DNA from: Abditibacteriaceae bacterium
Lineage (GTDB): Bacteria > Armatimonadota > Abditibacteriia > Abditibacteriales > Abditibacteriaceae
NCBI GenBank assembly: GCA_031372065.1
Contig: JANMKN010000062.1
Coordinates: 1 to 20,060, forward strand
Direction of reading: 5' to 3'
Length of the DNA stretch: 20,060 nt
The position numbers were made by a program, and so were the translations under genes. Of the stretch, positions 1 to 8,092 are shown piece after piece. Numbering within the stretch: position 1 is the first letter of the stretch; each line of letters begins with the position of its first letter. Under the pieces are notes generated by a model. That model did no database searches, was not told where the DNA came from, and saw only the letters and a program-made list of their open reading frames with translations.

Positions 1-374
1 GAACCGAAAACCGCCTGCCGATTGACGCCCTTTTCCGCGACGGCCAACAGTTTGAGATAATCTTGTGGATCGTATTCGAGGTCGGCGTCCTGCACGATGA
101 CCCATTCGCCGCGCGCCAGTTCGAGAGCGCGCCGCACGCTGGAGCCTTTGCCGCGATTTTGCTCTTGAAAAACAATGCGCAGACGCCCGGCGCCGCTTTC
201 AGGCTCCGCCGCGCCGCTGTCGAGCATCGCTTGCAACGTCTCGCGCGTGCCGTCGGTGGAGCAGTTGTCCACGATGATGATCTCCGTGTCGAGCGCCACC
301 GCCTGCACGCGCCGCACGATTTCGTGCAGCGTGCCGCTCTCGTTGTAAACCGGCATCAAAACGCTGAGTTTCAT
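1..374 (-). CDS. Glycosyltransferase family 2 (DPM1/GtrB-like polyprenol-phosphate sugar synthase), 5' part; 3' end runs off the window
   Basis: Not in the ORF track. Manual translation from ATG at 374: MKLSVLMPVYNE...IIIVDNCSTDGTRE...QNRGKGSSVRRAL...GEWVIVQDADLEYDPQDY..., all canonical GT2 motifs including DxD; open to the window edge. Confidence 0.93.
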   Translation of the reverse strand, partial: MKLSVLMPVYNESGTLHEIVRRVQAVALDTEIIIVDNCSTDGTRETLQAMLDSGAAEPESGAGRLRIVFQEQNRGKGSSVRRALELARGEWVIVQDADLEYDPQDYLKLLAVAEKGVNRQAVFG

Positions 375-386
375 GAAAAATAAAGT

Positions 387-1652
387 TCAAACCAGAGTTT
401 GCCACACAAAAACATTCATCAGCGCCAGACCAAGTAAAACGATGGCAAAAAACGCCGCCGTGATGCCACGCATTTTTTCCGCGAAAACCGCGCGCCATGC
501 CAACGCGCCGCCGATGCAAAACGGCACCAGCGCCGGATGAAGATAACGCGCCTGACCGCCCGAAAAATGATTATACGCGAACTGCGCCCAGCCCAGAAAA
601 ACCAAGAGCGCGCCAAGGCCAAACCAACGCGCCAAAAAATCAAACCCGATGGGAAAATCGGCGCGGCGCAAGCGAAAAAGGCCGGAAACGATGATAATCG
701 TTGCCAAAACGCAAAGCAAAGCGGGCAAAATCAGCGGCGGTGGAAAAGGCAACGGCGTCAATGGTTTCAGCGCCTTGGACGCGCTATCTGGCCCGCCGAA
801 AAAGCCCCAGCAGGTGCAAAACAAAATCAGCAAAATGCCACGCGCGTAAGTCAGAAAATCAATGCCCACCTGACTAAAAAGCGGATAACCCGGCGTGCCC
901 GCTGTCGCGGCTTTGGCAAAAGCCGCGTAACCAAGCGGATCGCCATATAAATTTTGATTGCGAATAAAAAGCGGTAAGGCGACAAGCGCGCCGATAATGA
1001 GCATCGTCAGCGGCGCCGACAAATTTTTCCAACGCGCTGCATAGCCTTGCCAGTTCAATTGCCACGCAGCGAGAAATGTCACCAAAGCAACGGGCAACGT
1101 CGTAGTTTTCGTCCACAAGCCCAAACCAGCGCAAAGTCCGGCCAAAACTGCATCGCGCGCCGTCCAACTATGGGCCGCGCCGCGCGCGATAAGGCAAAAT
1201 AGCGCCGCACAGAAAAAACCGGCGGCGCTATCGTTGCCAGCCGCCGCACTGACGCCCAAATGCAACGGCCAAACCGCCGCGAAGCCGGTTGCTATTGTTT
1301 GCAATTGCTTGTTTTCCGGCCACCATGCGCGCACTGCGAGAGCAATCAAAAACAGCGTGCCCAAGCCAAACAAAGCCGAAACAGCGCGGCACCACAAGAA
1401 AAGCGCATCACCTGTAAAAAACGAGCCGCCTAACGCGCATACCGCATAATAAAGCGGCGGCTGATGAAATTCGTAGCCGTAACCTGGCGGCGCTGCATCC
1501 TTAAAAACCGGCAATTTGCCTTGTTCGAGAATATATTCGACGTAATTAACGTGCGCCACTTCGTCCGGCGCATGGCCGGGTAGCACACGCAAAATCAAAG
1601 CGCCAACCAACATCAAATAAAGCAGCGCCAGCACAGGAAAATAGCGATTCAT
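387..1652 (-). CDS. Polytopic GT-C membrane glycosyltransferase (GT39/PMT/ArnT-like)
   Basis: About 11 hydrophobic segments. PDE-x2-H acidic motif in the first loop after TM1, YEFHQPPLYY, GLGLWTK and C-terminal QARYL motifs typical of GT-C enzymes. Ends 12 bp upstream of the GT2 start. Confidence 0.8.
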   Translation of the reverse strand: MNRYFPVLALLYLMLVGALILRVLPGHAPDEVAHVNYVEYILEQGKLPVFKDAAPPGYGYEFHQPPLYYAVCALGGSFFTGDALFLWCRAVSALFGLGTLFLIALAVRAWWPENKQLQTIATGFAAVWPLHLGVSAAAGNDSAAGFFCAALFCLIARGAAHSWTARDAVLAGLCAGLGLWTKTTTLPVALVTFLAAWQLNWQGYAARWKNLSAPLTMLIIGALVALPLFIRNQNLYGDPLGYAAFAKAATAGTPGYPLFSQVGIDFLTYARGILLILFCTCWGFFGGPDSASKALKPLTPLPFPPPLILPALLCVLATIIIVSGLFRLRRADFPIGFDFLARWFGLGALLVFLGWAQFAYNHFSGGQARYLHPALVPFCIGGALAWRAVFAEKMRGITAAFFAIVLLGLALMNVFVWQTLV

Positions 1653-1670
1653 AGTTCGTTATGCAATAAA

Positions 1671-2810
1671 CTAATTCCCCACGACTTTCATTAAATCGGC
1701 GCAACGCAAAATATAAGGATGCGGCCCTGCCGGATTGATAATCATGGCAGCGATACGCTGGTCACTGTCGGCCAAAACAGTGTTCAATTCTGCGACCATA
1801 CCCGCCAAAGCCACGCCGGGCATCACGATGCGATGCAGTGAATGTTCACCGCCGAAAAAGGCACGCGCCTGCGTCACGCCGCTGAAAATCACGCCGACCA
1901 AATCACCATTAAATCCGTTGTGTGGGCGCAGCATAATTGAAAACGTCGGCGCATCGCCGTCTTGTTCGATTTCGCCTTCGGTGGGCACCAGCAAATAAGC
2001 GTCACCAAAGGACAAAAGCAATTCTTCGAGGGCTTCGGGCGGCGCTTCTACGCCGTTTTCGCTGAAGCGCATAAAGCGCGCCAAATGATCGTTTAACGGC
2101 CCATTCGCATTTTCCCAATCGAAGTCCGCAGCAGGTTTTGCTTCCGATTGTGGCGGCTGGCTTTCAGCGATTTCCTCCACCGGATTTTGCGCGGCCCATT
2201 CGAGAATATTCGGCAACACATTTTCGACGCGCGTGGCGAGTTGTGCATCGCTTTGCCGCAAAACCGCCAGCATTTCCGCGATGTCTTCAGGCGAACCGAG
2301 CGCGCTAAAGCACATCACCAGCAACGCCGACGGCACCGGCGCGTGCAAATCTATGCTGTATTTTTCGCCGCTTTGTTGCGCTTTTTCATAGGCCAAAAAC
2401 GATTCAAAGGTTAAAGGTTCACCGAATTCGCACGCTCCGGCAGCGGCGACGCCGAGCAGCAAATAAGCGCGATATTCCTCGCGCTGCGGATTGTAATTGA
2501 TATAACGCGTCAGGGCTAAAAGCGCGGCTTGCCAACGCTCCGTGTGCAGGCACGAAACCGCGAAATTAAACAAAACCGGCAGCGACGCCGGAGCCAAATC
2601 CACCGCGTTTTTGAAGGCTTGCACCGCGTCTTCGTGCTGTTCCAAATTGCCGAGCGCCAAGCCTTTGAAATAATGCGCGGCGGGCATTTGCGGATTGGCA
2701 TGCGCCAATTGTTCCAGACATTGCAGCGCCTCAGAAAAACGTCCTTCTTCCAACAGCAGCGCGCCCATGTGCAACTGCGCTTCAAAAGCAGAATTTTCAG
2801 GTGAGTTCAT
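1671..2810 (-). CDS. TPR-repeat protein with C-terminal SseB-like domain
   Basis: 3-4 TPRs (AHYFKGLALGNLEQHEDAVQAFKNAVDLAP etc.). C-terminus YLLVP...GVIFSG...AMIINPAGP resembles SseB_N. Start placed at MNSPENS (2810); 2825 and 2888 are alternatives. Confidence 0.72.
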   Translation of the reverse strand: MNSPENSAFEAQLHMGALLLEEGRFSEALQCLEQLAHANPQMPAAHYFKGLALGNLEQHEDAVQAFKNAVDLAPASLPVLFNFAVSCLHTERWQAALLALTRYINYNPQREEYRAYLLLGVAAAGACEFGEPLTFESFLAYEKAQQSGEKYSIDLHAPVPSALLVMCFSALGSPEDIAEMLAVLRQSDAQLATRVENVLPNILEWAAQNPVEEIAESQPPQSEAKPAADFDWENANGPLNDHLARFMRFSENGVEAPPEALEELLLSFGDAYLLVPTEGEIEQDGDAPTFSIMLRPHNGFNGDLVGVIFSGVTQARAFFGGEHSLHRIVMPGVALAGMVAELNTVLADSDQRIAAMIINPAGPHPYILRCADLMKVVGN

Positions 2811-2858
2811 GTGAATGGAGTCCATCGCAAGCCAACAGTGCCGACCAAAGTGCTTTTC

Positions 2859-2913
2859 AGTATGGCAACTGTGAGCATTTCGTCGCATGGCGGCACGCTT
2901 CCGGCGCTACACT
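2859..2913. promoter_or_regulatory. Putative divergent -10 elements: TGcCATACT (minus strand, 2859-2867) for the TPR operon and TACACT (plus strand, 2908-2913) for deaD
   Basis: TANNNT-like hexamers in a divergent intergenic region; a similar TACACT lies upstream of metF (8056-8061). AGGAG SD at 2964-2968 precedes the deaD ATG. Confidence 0.35.
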
Positions 2914-2973
2914 AAGTCGTTCAATTAAAACAGGCGTCCGGTCTTCTGTGCAAGGCTAAACGCAGGAGAAGAA

Positions 2974-4962
2974 ATGCCCAAAGAAAAAAAACCGACTCAC
3001 ATCAAGAAAAAAAGCAAAGTCGCCCCAAAAACCGGAAGCAAACCGACGCCCAGAGCGAAACCGAAAAAATCGCTGCCGCCCTTTTTGTTGGATGAAAACG
3101 GCTTGCCGAAATTTTCATCCAAGTCCAAAGCTGCCGGAGCAAAAACCGACACGCCTCAAGACGCTCCTAAAACAGAAGAACCAAAAGCGGATTATCCAAA
3201 ACCTGACTATCCAAAAGCAGAGCGCGCCAAAGCGCATACTCCAAAACCGGAATTTGTTAAAAAGCCGCGCGCCAAAAAATCGCCGGTTTTTGCCGATGCG
3301 CCTGTGGAAACACAGATTTCGGCTCCTGTCGCCGAATTAGTCGAAACAAAAACCACCGAACCAACCGAAGGCGAATTGCTCCGCTTTTCCGATTTGGAAT
3401 TGCCCGAAAGTGTCGCGCGTGCCGTGACCGAAATTGGTTTCGAGACGCCAACACCCATTCAAGCGCGCGCTGTGCCGTTTCTCATGGCGGGACGCGACTT
3501 AATCGGACAGGCGCAAACCGGCACCGGCAAAACTGCCGCCTTTGCGTTGCCATTAGTTTCCAAACTCGACCCGTCGCGCCGCGAAGTGCAAGCCTTGATT
3601 TTAGCGCCCACGCGCGAATTGGCGCTTCAAGTGGCGGGCGGCGTTCACGATTTGGCGAAATATACCGGACTTCGCGTCGTGCCGGTTTATGGCGGACAGC
3701 CGATTGACCGCCAGATTCGCGCGTTGCAAAGCGGCGCGCACATCGTGGTCGGCACGCCGGGCCGCGTGCAAGATCACTTGCGGCGCGGTTCGTTGAAGTT
3801 GGATAAAGTTTCTTATTGCGTGCTGGACGAAGCCGACGAAATGCTGGCGCTTGGCTTTCTCGAAGAAATTGAAATCATTCTGGCCGAATTGCCTTTTGAG
3901 CGCCAAACCGCGTTCTTTTCGGCGACAGTTCCGCCGCGCATCGGCGAATTGATGAAGCGCTTTTTGCGCAATCCCGAACGCGTCACCATTGAATCGAAAC
4001 AGCGCACACTTTCGACGACTAATCAAGCCTATTACGAAGTCGCGCCGGGCAAAAAATTAGACGCTTTGGGCCGCATTCTCGACATGGAAACGCCCGGCCC
4101 AACCATCGTTTTTTGCCGCACGCGCCAAGACACCAATGATTTATCCGAAGCCTTGCGCTTGCGTGGTTACATGGCGGATGCCATTCACGGCGATATGACG
4201 CAATCCGAACGTGAGCGCGTTTTACGCCGCTTCCGCGAAGGCCAATCCGATTTATTGGTGGCAACCGATGTAGCCGCGCGCGGCTTGGATATCGAACACG
4301 TCACGCACGTTATCAACTACGATATTCCCTTCGATGTCGAGCAATATATTCATCGCATTGGCCGCACAGGGCGCGCCGGACGCAGCGGCGACGCGATTAC
4401 CATCATCGAACGCCGCCAACTCAAACAATTGCGATTCATCGAAAAACTAATCGGCGCCACCATTAAACCGGTGCGCCTGCCAACTGCCGCTGATATTGCG
4501 GCGCGGCGTCGCACGGTTTTCAAGGAAACCTTGCGCGAAGCGATAAACGCCAATGAATTTGAAGCGCAGATGGAAACCGTCGAGGAATTGTGCGAAGAAT
4601 TTGACGCTGTTGACATTGCCGCCGCCGCGCTGCATTTGTTGTGGAAAAACCAACACAGCAACGAAGCCGAAATCGCCGAAGAAATGGCTGCCGACGCCGA
4701 GCAACCAGAAGTTGGCATGGCGCGACTGCATATCAACATGGGCCGTCAAGACGGTTTGCGCCCCGCCGATTTAGTCGGCGCGATTAGTAATCAAGCCAAA
4801 ATTTCAGGCCGCGCTATCGGTGCCATTGATATTCTCGATTTGTGGTCGTTCGTCGAAGTGCCCTCGGACAAAGCCGATCAAGTCATTGATGCCCTGCAAC
4901 GCACCAAAGTGCGAGGCCGCAAAGTGCGCGTGCAAGTCGCACGAGGCCACTATGGGAATTGA
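2974..4962 (+). CDS. deaD: DEAD-box RNA helicase, DeaD/CsdA type, with DbpA-type C-terminal RNA-binding domain
   Basis: Q motif GFETPTPIQ, AQTGTGKT, PTRELA, GTPGR, DEAD, SAT, TDVAARGLD, HRIGRTGRAG; C-terminal GRQDGLRPADLVGAI...IGAIDI...SFVEVP; AGGAG RBS. Confidence 0.95.
   Translation: MPKEKKPTHIKKKSKVAPKTGSKPTPRAKPKKSLPPFLLDENGLPKFSSKSKAAGAKTDTPQDAPKTEEPKADYPKPDYPKAERAKAHTPKPEFVKKPRAKKSPVFADAPVETQISAPVAELVETKTTEPTEGELLRFSDLELPESVARAVTEIGFETPTPIQARAVPFLMAGRDLIGQAQTGTGKTAAFALPLVSKLDPSRREVQALILAPTRELALQVAGGVHDLAKYTGLRVVPVYGGQPIDRQIRALQSGAHIVVGTPGRVQDHLRRGSLKLDKVSYCVLDEADEMLALGFLEEIEIILAELPFERQTAFFSATVPPRIGELMKRFLRNPERVTIESKQRTLSTTNQAYYEVAPGKKLDALGRILDMETPGPTIVFCRTRQDTNDLSEALRLRGYMADAIHGDMTQSERERVLRRFREGQSDLLVATDVAARGLDIEHVTHVINYDIPFDVEQYIHRIGRTGRAGRSGDAITIIERRQLKQLRFIEKLIGATIKPVRLPTAADIAARRRTVFKETLREAINANEFEAQMETVEELCEEFDAVDIAAAALHLLWKNQHSNEAEIAEEMAADAEQPEVGMARLHINMGRQDGLRPADLVGAISNQAKISGRAIGAIDILDLWSFVEVPSDKADQVIDALQRTKVRGRKVRVQVARGHYGN
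3166..3270 (+). repeat. 15-bp (5-aa) degenerate tandem repeat within the deaD N-terminal extension
   Basis: PKTEE-PKADY-PKPDY-PKAER-AKAHT-PKPEF-VKKPR; ccaaaa/gccaaa recurs every 15 bp. Confidence 0.65.
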
Positions 4963-4967
4963 AAAGC

Positions 4968-5005
4968 TAAATGCCGCTGGAGAAAAATTTCTTCAGCGGC
5001 ATTTA
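4968..5005 (+). terminator. Stem-loop after deaD (intrinsic terminator or mRNA stabiliser)
   Basis: TAAATGCCGCTGGAGAA-aaat-TTCTTCAGCGGCATTTA: 17-bp stem with one G:U; short U tract. Confidence 0.7.
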
Positions 5006-5019
5006 AACATGGGTGCTTT

Positions 5020-6741
5020 GTGAACGCTCAGTTAAAACGATTTTTTGCTTATTATCGCCCGCACAAGCGCCTTTTCGTGCTGGATTTTTCGTGCGCGGTC
5101 GTCGCGGGCCTGTTGGAGTTGGCTTTTCCGCTGGCGGTTAGGACTTTTGTAGATACCTTGCTGCCCGGCCAGAATTGGGGCCTGATTTTAGGCGCGACGG
5201 CGGCACTTTTAGTCATTTATTTGATCAACGCGGGCTTGCAATATACGGTCAACTTTTGGGGCCACGTTTTAGGCATCGCCATCGAAACCGAAATGCGCCG
5301 CAAGGCCTTCGATCATCTGCAAAAATTGTCGTTTCGCTTTTACGACAACCAGAAAACGGGTCACTTGGTCGGACGCATTACCAAAGATTTGGAAGACGTT
5401 GGCGAAGTGGCGCATCACGGGCCGGAAGATGTCTTTTTGGCGATTATGACCTTTATCGGCGCGCTGCTTTTGATGTTCACGCTGAATGCAAAATTAGCAC
5501 TTTTGACAGGCTTGGTTGTGCCGCCGATGGCGTGGATTTCCACACGTTACGGTGCGGCCTTGGGACGCAATTGGCGCGCTTTGTTTCAGCAAGTCGGCAA
5601 TTTTAATTCGCGCATCGAAGAAAACGTCGGCGGTATTCGCGTGGTGCAGGCTTTTGCCAACGAAGATCACGAACGCGAGCTTTTTGCCGCCGACAATCGC
5701 AATTATCAGCAGACCAAAATCGAAGCCTATAATCTCATGGCAAGAAGCCGCGTGCTGAGTTATTTGTCCATGCGCACCGTGCAGGTTTTAGTGATGATTG
5801 CGGGCGCTTATTTTGTGCTGCACAATGAGCTAACTGTCGGCGGTTTCATGGGTTATTTGATGCTGGTCAATGTCTTTTTCCGGCCCATCGAAATGATGAG
5901 CGCGGTTTTGGAAACCTATCCCAAAGGCATCGCCGGTTTTGCGCGTTATACCGAACTTCTCGACATCGAACCCGACATCGCCGACGCGCCGAATGCCATC
6001 GAAGTCGGCCATTTGCGCGGCGATATTCGCTTTGAAAAGGTGACGTTTGGTTATGCCTCGCACAAAACGGTATTGCGCGATATTTGTTTGGCGATTCGTC
6101 CCGGCGAAACCATCGCCTTTGTCGGCCCCAGCGGTGCCGGAAAGACCACGCTTTGCTCGCTTTTGCCGCGTTTTTACGAGATTGAAGACGGCGCAATTTC
6201 CGTTGACGGCATTGATATTCGCCAGATGACTTTGGCCTCGTTGCGCCGCAATATCGGCATCGTGCAGCAGGACGTTTTTCTTTTTGGCGGCACGCTGCGC
6301 GAAAATATCGCTTACGGGAAATTGGGCGCGTCGGACGAAGAAATCAAAGTCGCCGCGCGCCGCGCCCGTTTGGACAGCATGATTGCCGAATTACCGGACG
6401 GTTTGGATACAATTGTCGGCGAACGCGGCGTGAAATTATCGGGCGGACAAAAACAGCGCGTGGCGATTGCCCGAATGTTTTTGAAAAACCCGCCGATTTT
6501 GATTTTGGACGAAGCGACTTCGGCGCTCGACACCGAAACGGAACGCGCCATTCAAGCCTCACTCGCCGAATTAGCCGTTGGCCGCACCACGTTGGTGATT
6601 GCGCATCGTTTAGCGACAATTCGCAACGCAGACCGCATTATTGTGGTGGACGAAACCGGCTTGGCCGAACAAGGCAAACACGAAGAACTCATCGCCGCCA
6701 AAGGCGTTTATCATCGCTTGCATACAAGCGTCGCCGTTTAG
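5020..6741 (+). CDS. ywjA: ABC exporter, fused TMD+NBD (MsbA-like superfamily, YwjA-like subfamily)
   Basis: Six TM helices with WGHVLGIAIETEMR and EVAHHGPED signatures recalled from B. subtilis YwjA; Walker A GPSGAGKT, LSGGQKQR, Walker B ILILDEATSALD, H-loop IAHRL; GTG start. Confidence 0.92.
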   Translation: MNAQLKRFFAYYRPHKRLFVLDFSCAVVAGLLELAFPLAVRTFVDTLLPGQNWGLILGATAALLVIYLINAGLQYTVNFWGHVLGIAIETEMRRKAFDHLQKLSFRFYDNQKTGHLVGRITKDLEDVGEVAHHGPEDVFLAIMTFIGALLLMFTLNAKLALLTGLVVPPMAWISTRYGAALGRNWRALFQQVGNFNSRIEENVGGIRVVQAFANEDHERELFAADNRNYQQTKIEAYNLMARSRVLSYLSMRTVQVLVMIAGAYFVLHNELTVGGFMGYLMLVNVFFRPIEMMSAVLETYPKGIAGFARYTELLDIEPDIADAPNAIEVGHLRGDIRFEKVTFGYASHKTVLRDICLAIRPGETIAFVGPSGAGKTTLCSLLPRFYEIEDGAISVDGIDIRQMTLASLRRNIGIVQQDVFLFGGTLRENIAYGKLGASDEEIKVAARRARLDSMIAELPDGLDTIVGERGVKLSGGQKQRVAIARMFLKNPPILILDEATSALDTETERAIQASLAELAVGRTTLVIAHRLATIRNADRIIVVDETGLAEQGKHEELIAAKGVYHRLHTSVAV

Positions 6742-7196
6742 AATTGTATAACTTGTTGCAAGGCCGCTTTTAGCATCGCGCGTGCGTTTTCGGGATCGGT
6801 GGCAAGCGCCTGATTGACTATGATCCAGTCGTCGTTGTTTTCGCCGCGCGCATATTTGCAAAACGCGTTGTAAATCGCGTAATAGGCCATCAAAACAGGC
6901 GCAGAAAACTCTAAATCCATGTCCTGCAAGGCCGAAATTGGTTCGAGATAACGATAGGAAATGTTATCGCTTTCTTCCGCACTGCATCCCGCAAACGCAG
7001 CCCGAAACGCCTCGGTGGGCAATTGAGTATCAACTTCGTGCGCCAGCCCGACCACCGAATCGGCGTAGGTGATTTTCGTTTCCTGCGCGACAAATTCTTG
7101 CCAGACTTCCAGCGCCTTGCCGCACACGAAACGATGCACCACTTTGCGCGACCCAGCAGGCGAACTTAAAAATTCGTCCTGTAAATTCTCAGTCAT
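6738..7196 (-). CDS. Hypothetical protein (152 aa, acidic, helical)
   Basis: Fills the gap between the ABC gene and the next divergent gene; convergent 4-bp stop overlap; protein-like composition. Confidence 0.75.
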   Translation of the reverse strand: MTENLQDEFLSSPAGSRKVVHRFVCGKALEVWQEFVAQETKITYADSVVGLAHEVDTQLPTEAFRAAFAGCSAEESDNISYRYLEPISALQDMDLEFSAPVLMAYYAIYNAFCKYARGENNDDWIIVNQALATDPENARAMLKAALQQVIQF

Positions 7197-7218
7197 AAGA
7201 GCAAAGTTTGCCGCCTGT

Positions 7219-7280
7219 TCACACGATTCGCTATTCCACTCACATAATTGACTGAACCTTTCACATGATTGACAGAACCA
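7219..7280. promoter_or_regulatory. Three phased 21-bp direct repeats (TCACAYRATT...), candidate transcription-factor operator
   Basis: TCACACGATT at 7219, TCACATAATTGACTGAACC at 7240, TCACATGATTGACAGAACC at 7261; exact 21-bp spacing in a divergent intergenic region. Confidence 0.55.
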
Positions 7281-7411
7281 TTGAAGGAGATCACTATAGG
7301 GAGCGTGGGCAAGATACTCAGGCTCTCTATTTTGCTCCGTAAAGTTGTCTCAAAAGCGTGAAAAGATTACAATTAAAGCAACGCCAAATGGCTGATGCAG
7401 GAGGATTTATC

Positions 7412-7999
7412 ATGCGGAAGATTGCTTTGCTCGGAACTGTTTTGTGCAGTGTGTCTTTGTTAGGAGTGGTAATGGTGCAGGCGCAAAACCAAGTGGCGCC
7501 TGCGATTCCTGAGTTGGTGCCCGTGCAAAAGGAAAAGTCCTTGGTGGTTAGCATCACGCCAACCAAACCCGGTAGCGATCACTATGATATTCGCTTTCGT
7601 AGCGCGACTATTGTGCAGATGATCGAGGAATTGGCGCGCGTGGAAAATAAAAAAGTTCTCATCAGCGACGAGGTGCGGGCGCAAGCAGACAAGGCCCAAT
7701 TGGAGATTGAACTTCGTGATATTCGGCCTGTTGACTTTCTGAACTTTTTGGCTAACCGCGTTTATGGCGGTGACTTCGGCATTGCGTGGGGCACTTCTGG
7801 CCCGGATACATGGTTGGTGGTGAAACGTCCCGCAACGAGCATTACTACCTTTACTCGCGTTCCTCTCCCCGCCCCTGCGCCTGCAACTCCAAAAACCTTT
7901 GTTCTGCCCGACATCAACAAATCCGAAAATATGCCGCCGGGCAGTGCGCCGTTTTGGTTTAACGGCCAAAAACTTTATGTTGTGCCGCTGCAAAAATAG
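7412..7999 (+). CDS. Secreted hypothetical protein with STN/secretin-N-like domain and Pro-rich C-terminus
   Basis: GGAGG SD at 7400-7404 before ATG 7412; signal peptide MRKIALLGTVLCSVSLLGVVMVQA-Q; FRSATIVQMIEELAR...VLISDEV...LEIELRDI resembles an STN fold. Confidence 0.7.
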   Translation: MRKIALLGTVLCSVSLLGVVMVQAQNQVAPAIPELVPVQKEKSLVVSITPTKPGSDHYDIRFRSATIVQMIEELARVENKKVLISDEVRAQADKAQLEIELRDIRPVDFLNFLANRVYGGDFGIAWGTSGPDTWLVVKRPATSITTFTRVPLPAPAPATPKTFVLPDINKSENMPPGSAPFWFNGQKLYVVPLQK

Positions 8000-8016
8000 A
8001 TTTTTGATTTGCACTC

Positions 8017-8052
8017 AAAAGCCGCTCGCCGATTTCACGGCAAGCGGCTTTT
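8017..8052. terminator. Intrinsic (possibly bidirectional) terminator
   Basis: AAAAGCCGCTcGCCG-atttca-CGGCaAGCGGCTTTT, GC-rich stem flanked by A and T tracts just after the stop at 7999. Confidence 0.8.
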
Positions 8053-8092
8053 CGTTACACTGCTTTGCACGTTTCGACGCCCCCTTTTCCTT

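Noticed and set aside
63..519. ORFs 63-383 (+) and 199-519 (-)
   Set aside because: Shadow frames of the real GT2 and GT-C genes.
7291..7303. TCACTATAGGGAG, 13-nt match to the T7 promoter 3' half
   Set aside because: The upstream recognition region TAATACGAC is absent and there is no phage or vector context; likely chance.
7460..8014. 184-aa minus-strand ORF
   Set aside because: Antisense to the plus-strand gene, which has an SD, signal peptide and terminator.
8000..8092. SAM/SAH riboswitch upstream of metF
   Set aside because: Only 93 nt, mostly the upstream terminator and a -10-like hexamer; no aptamer consensus recognised.
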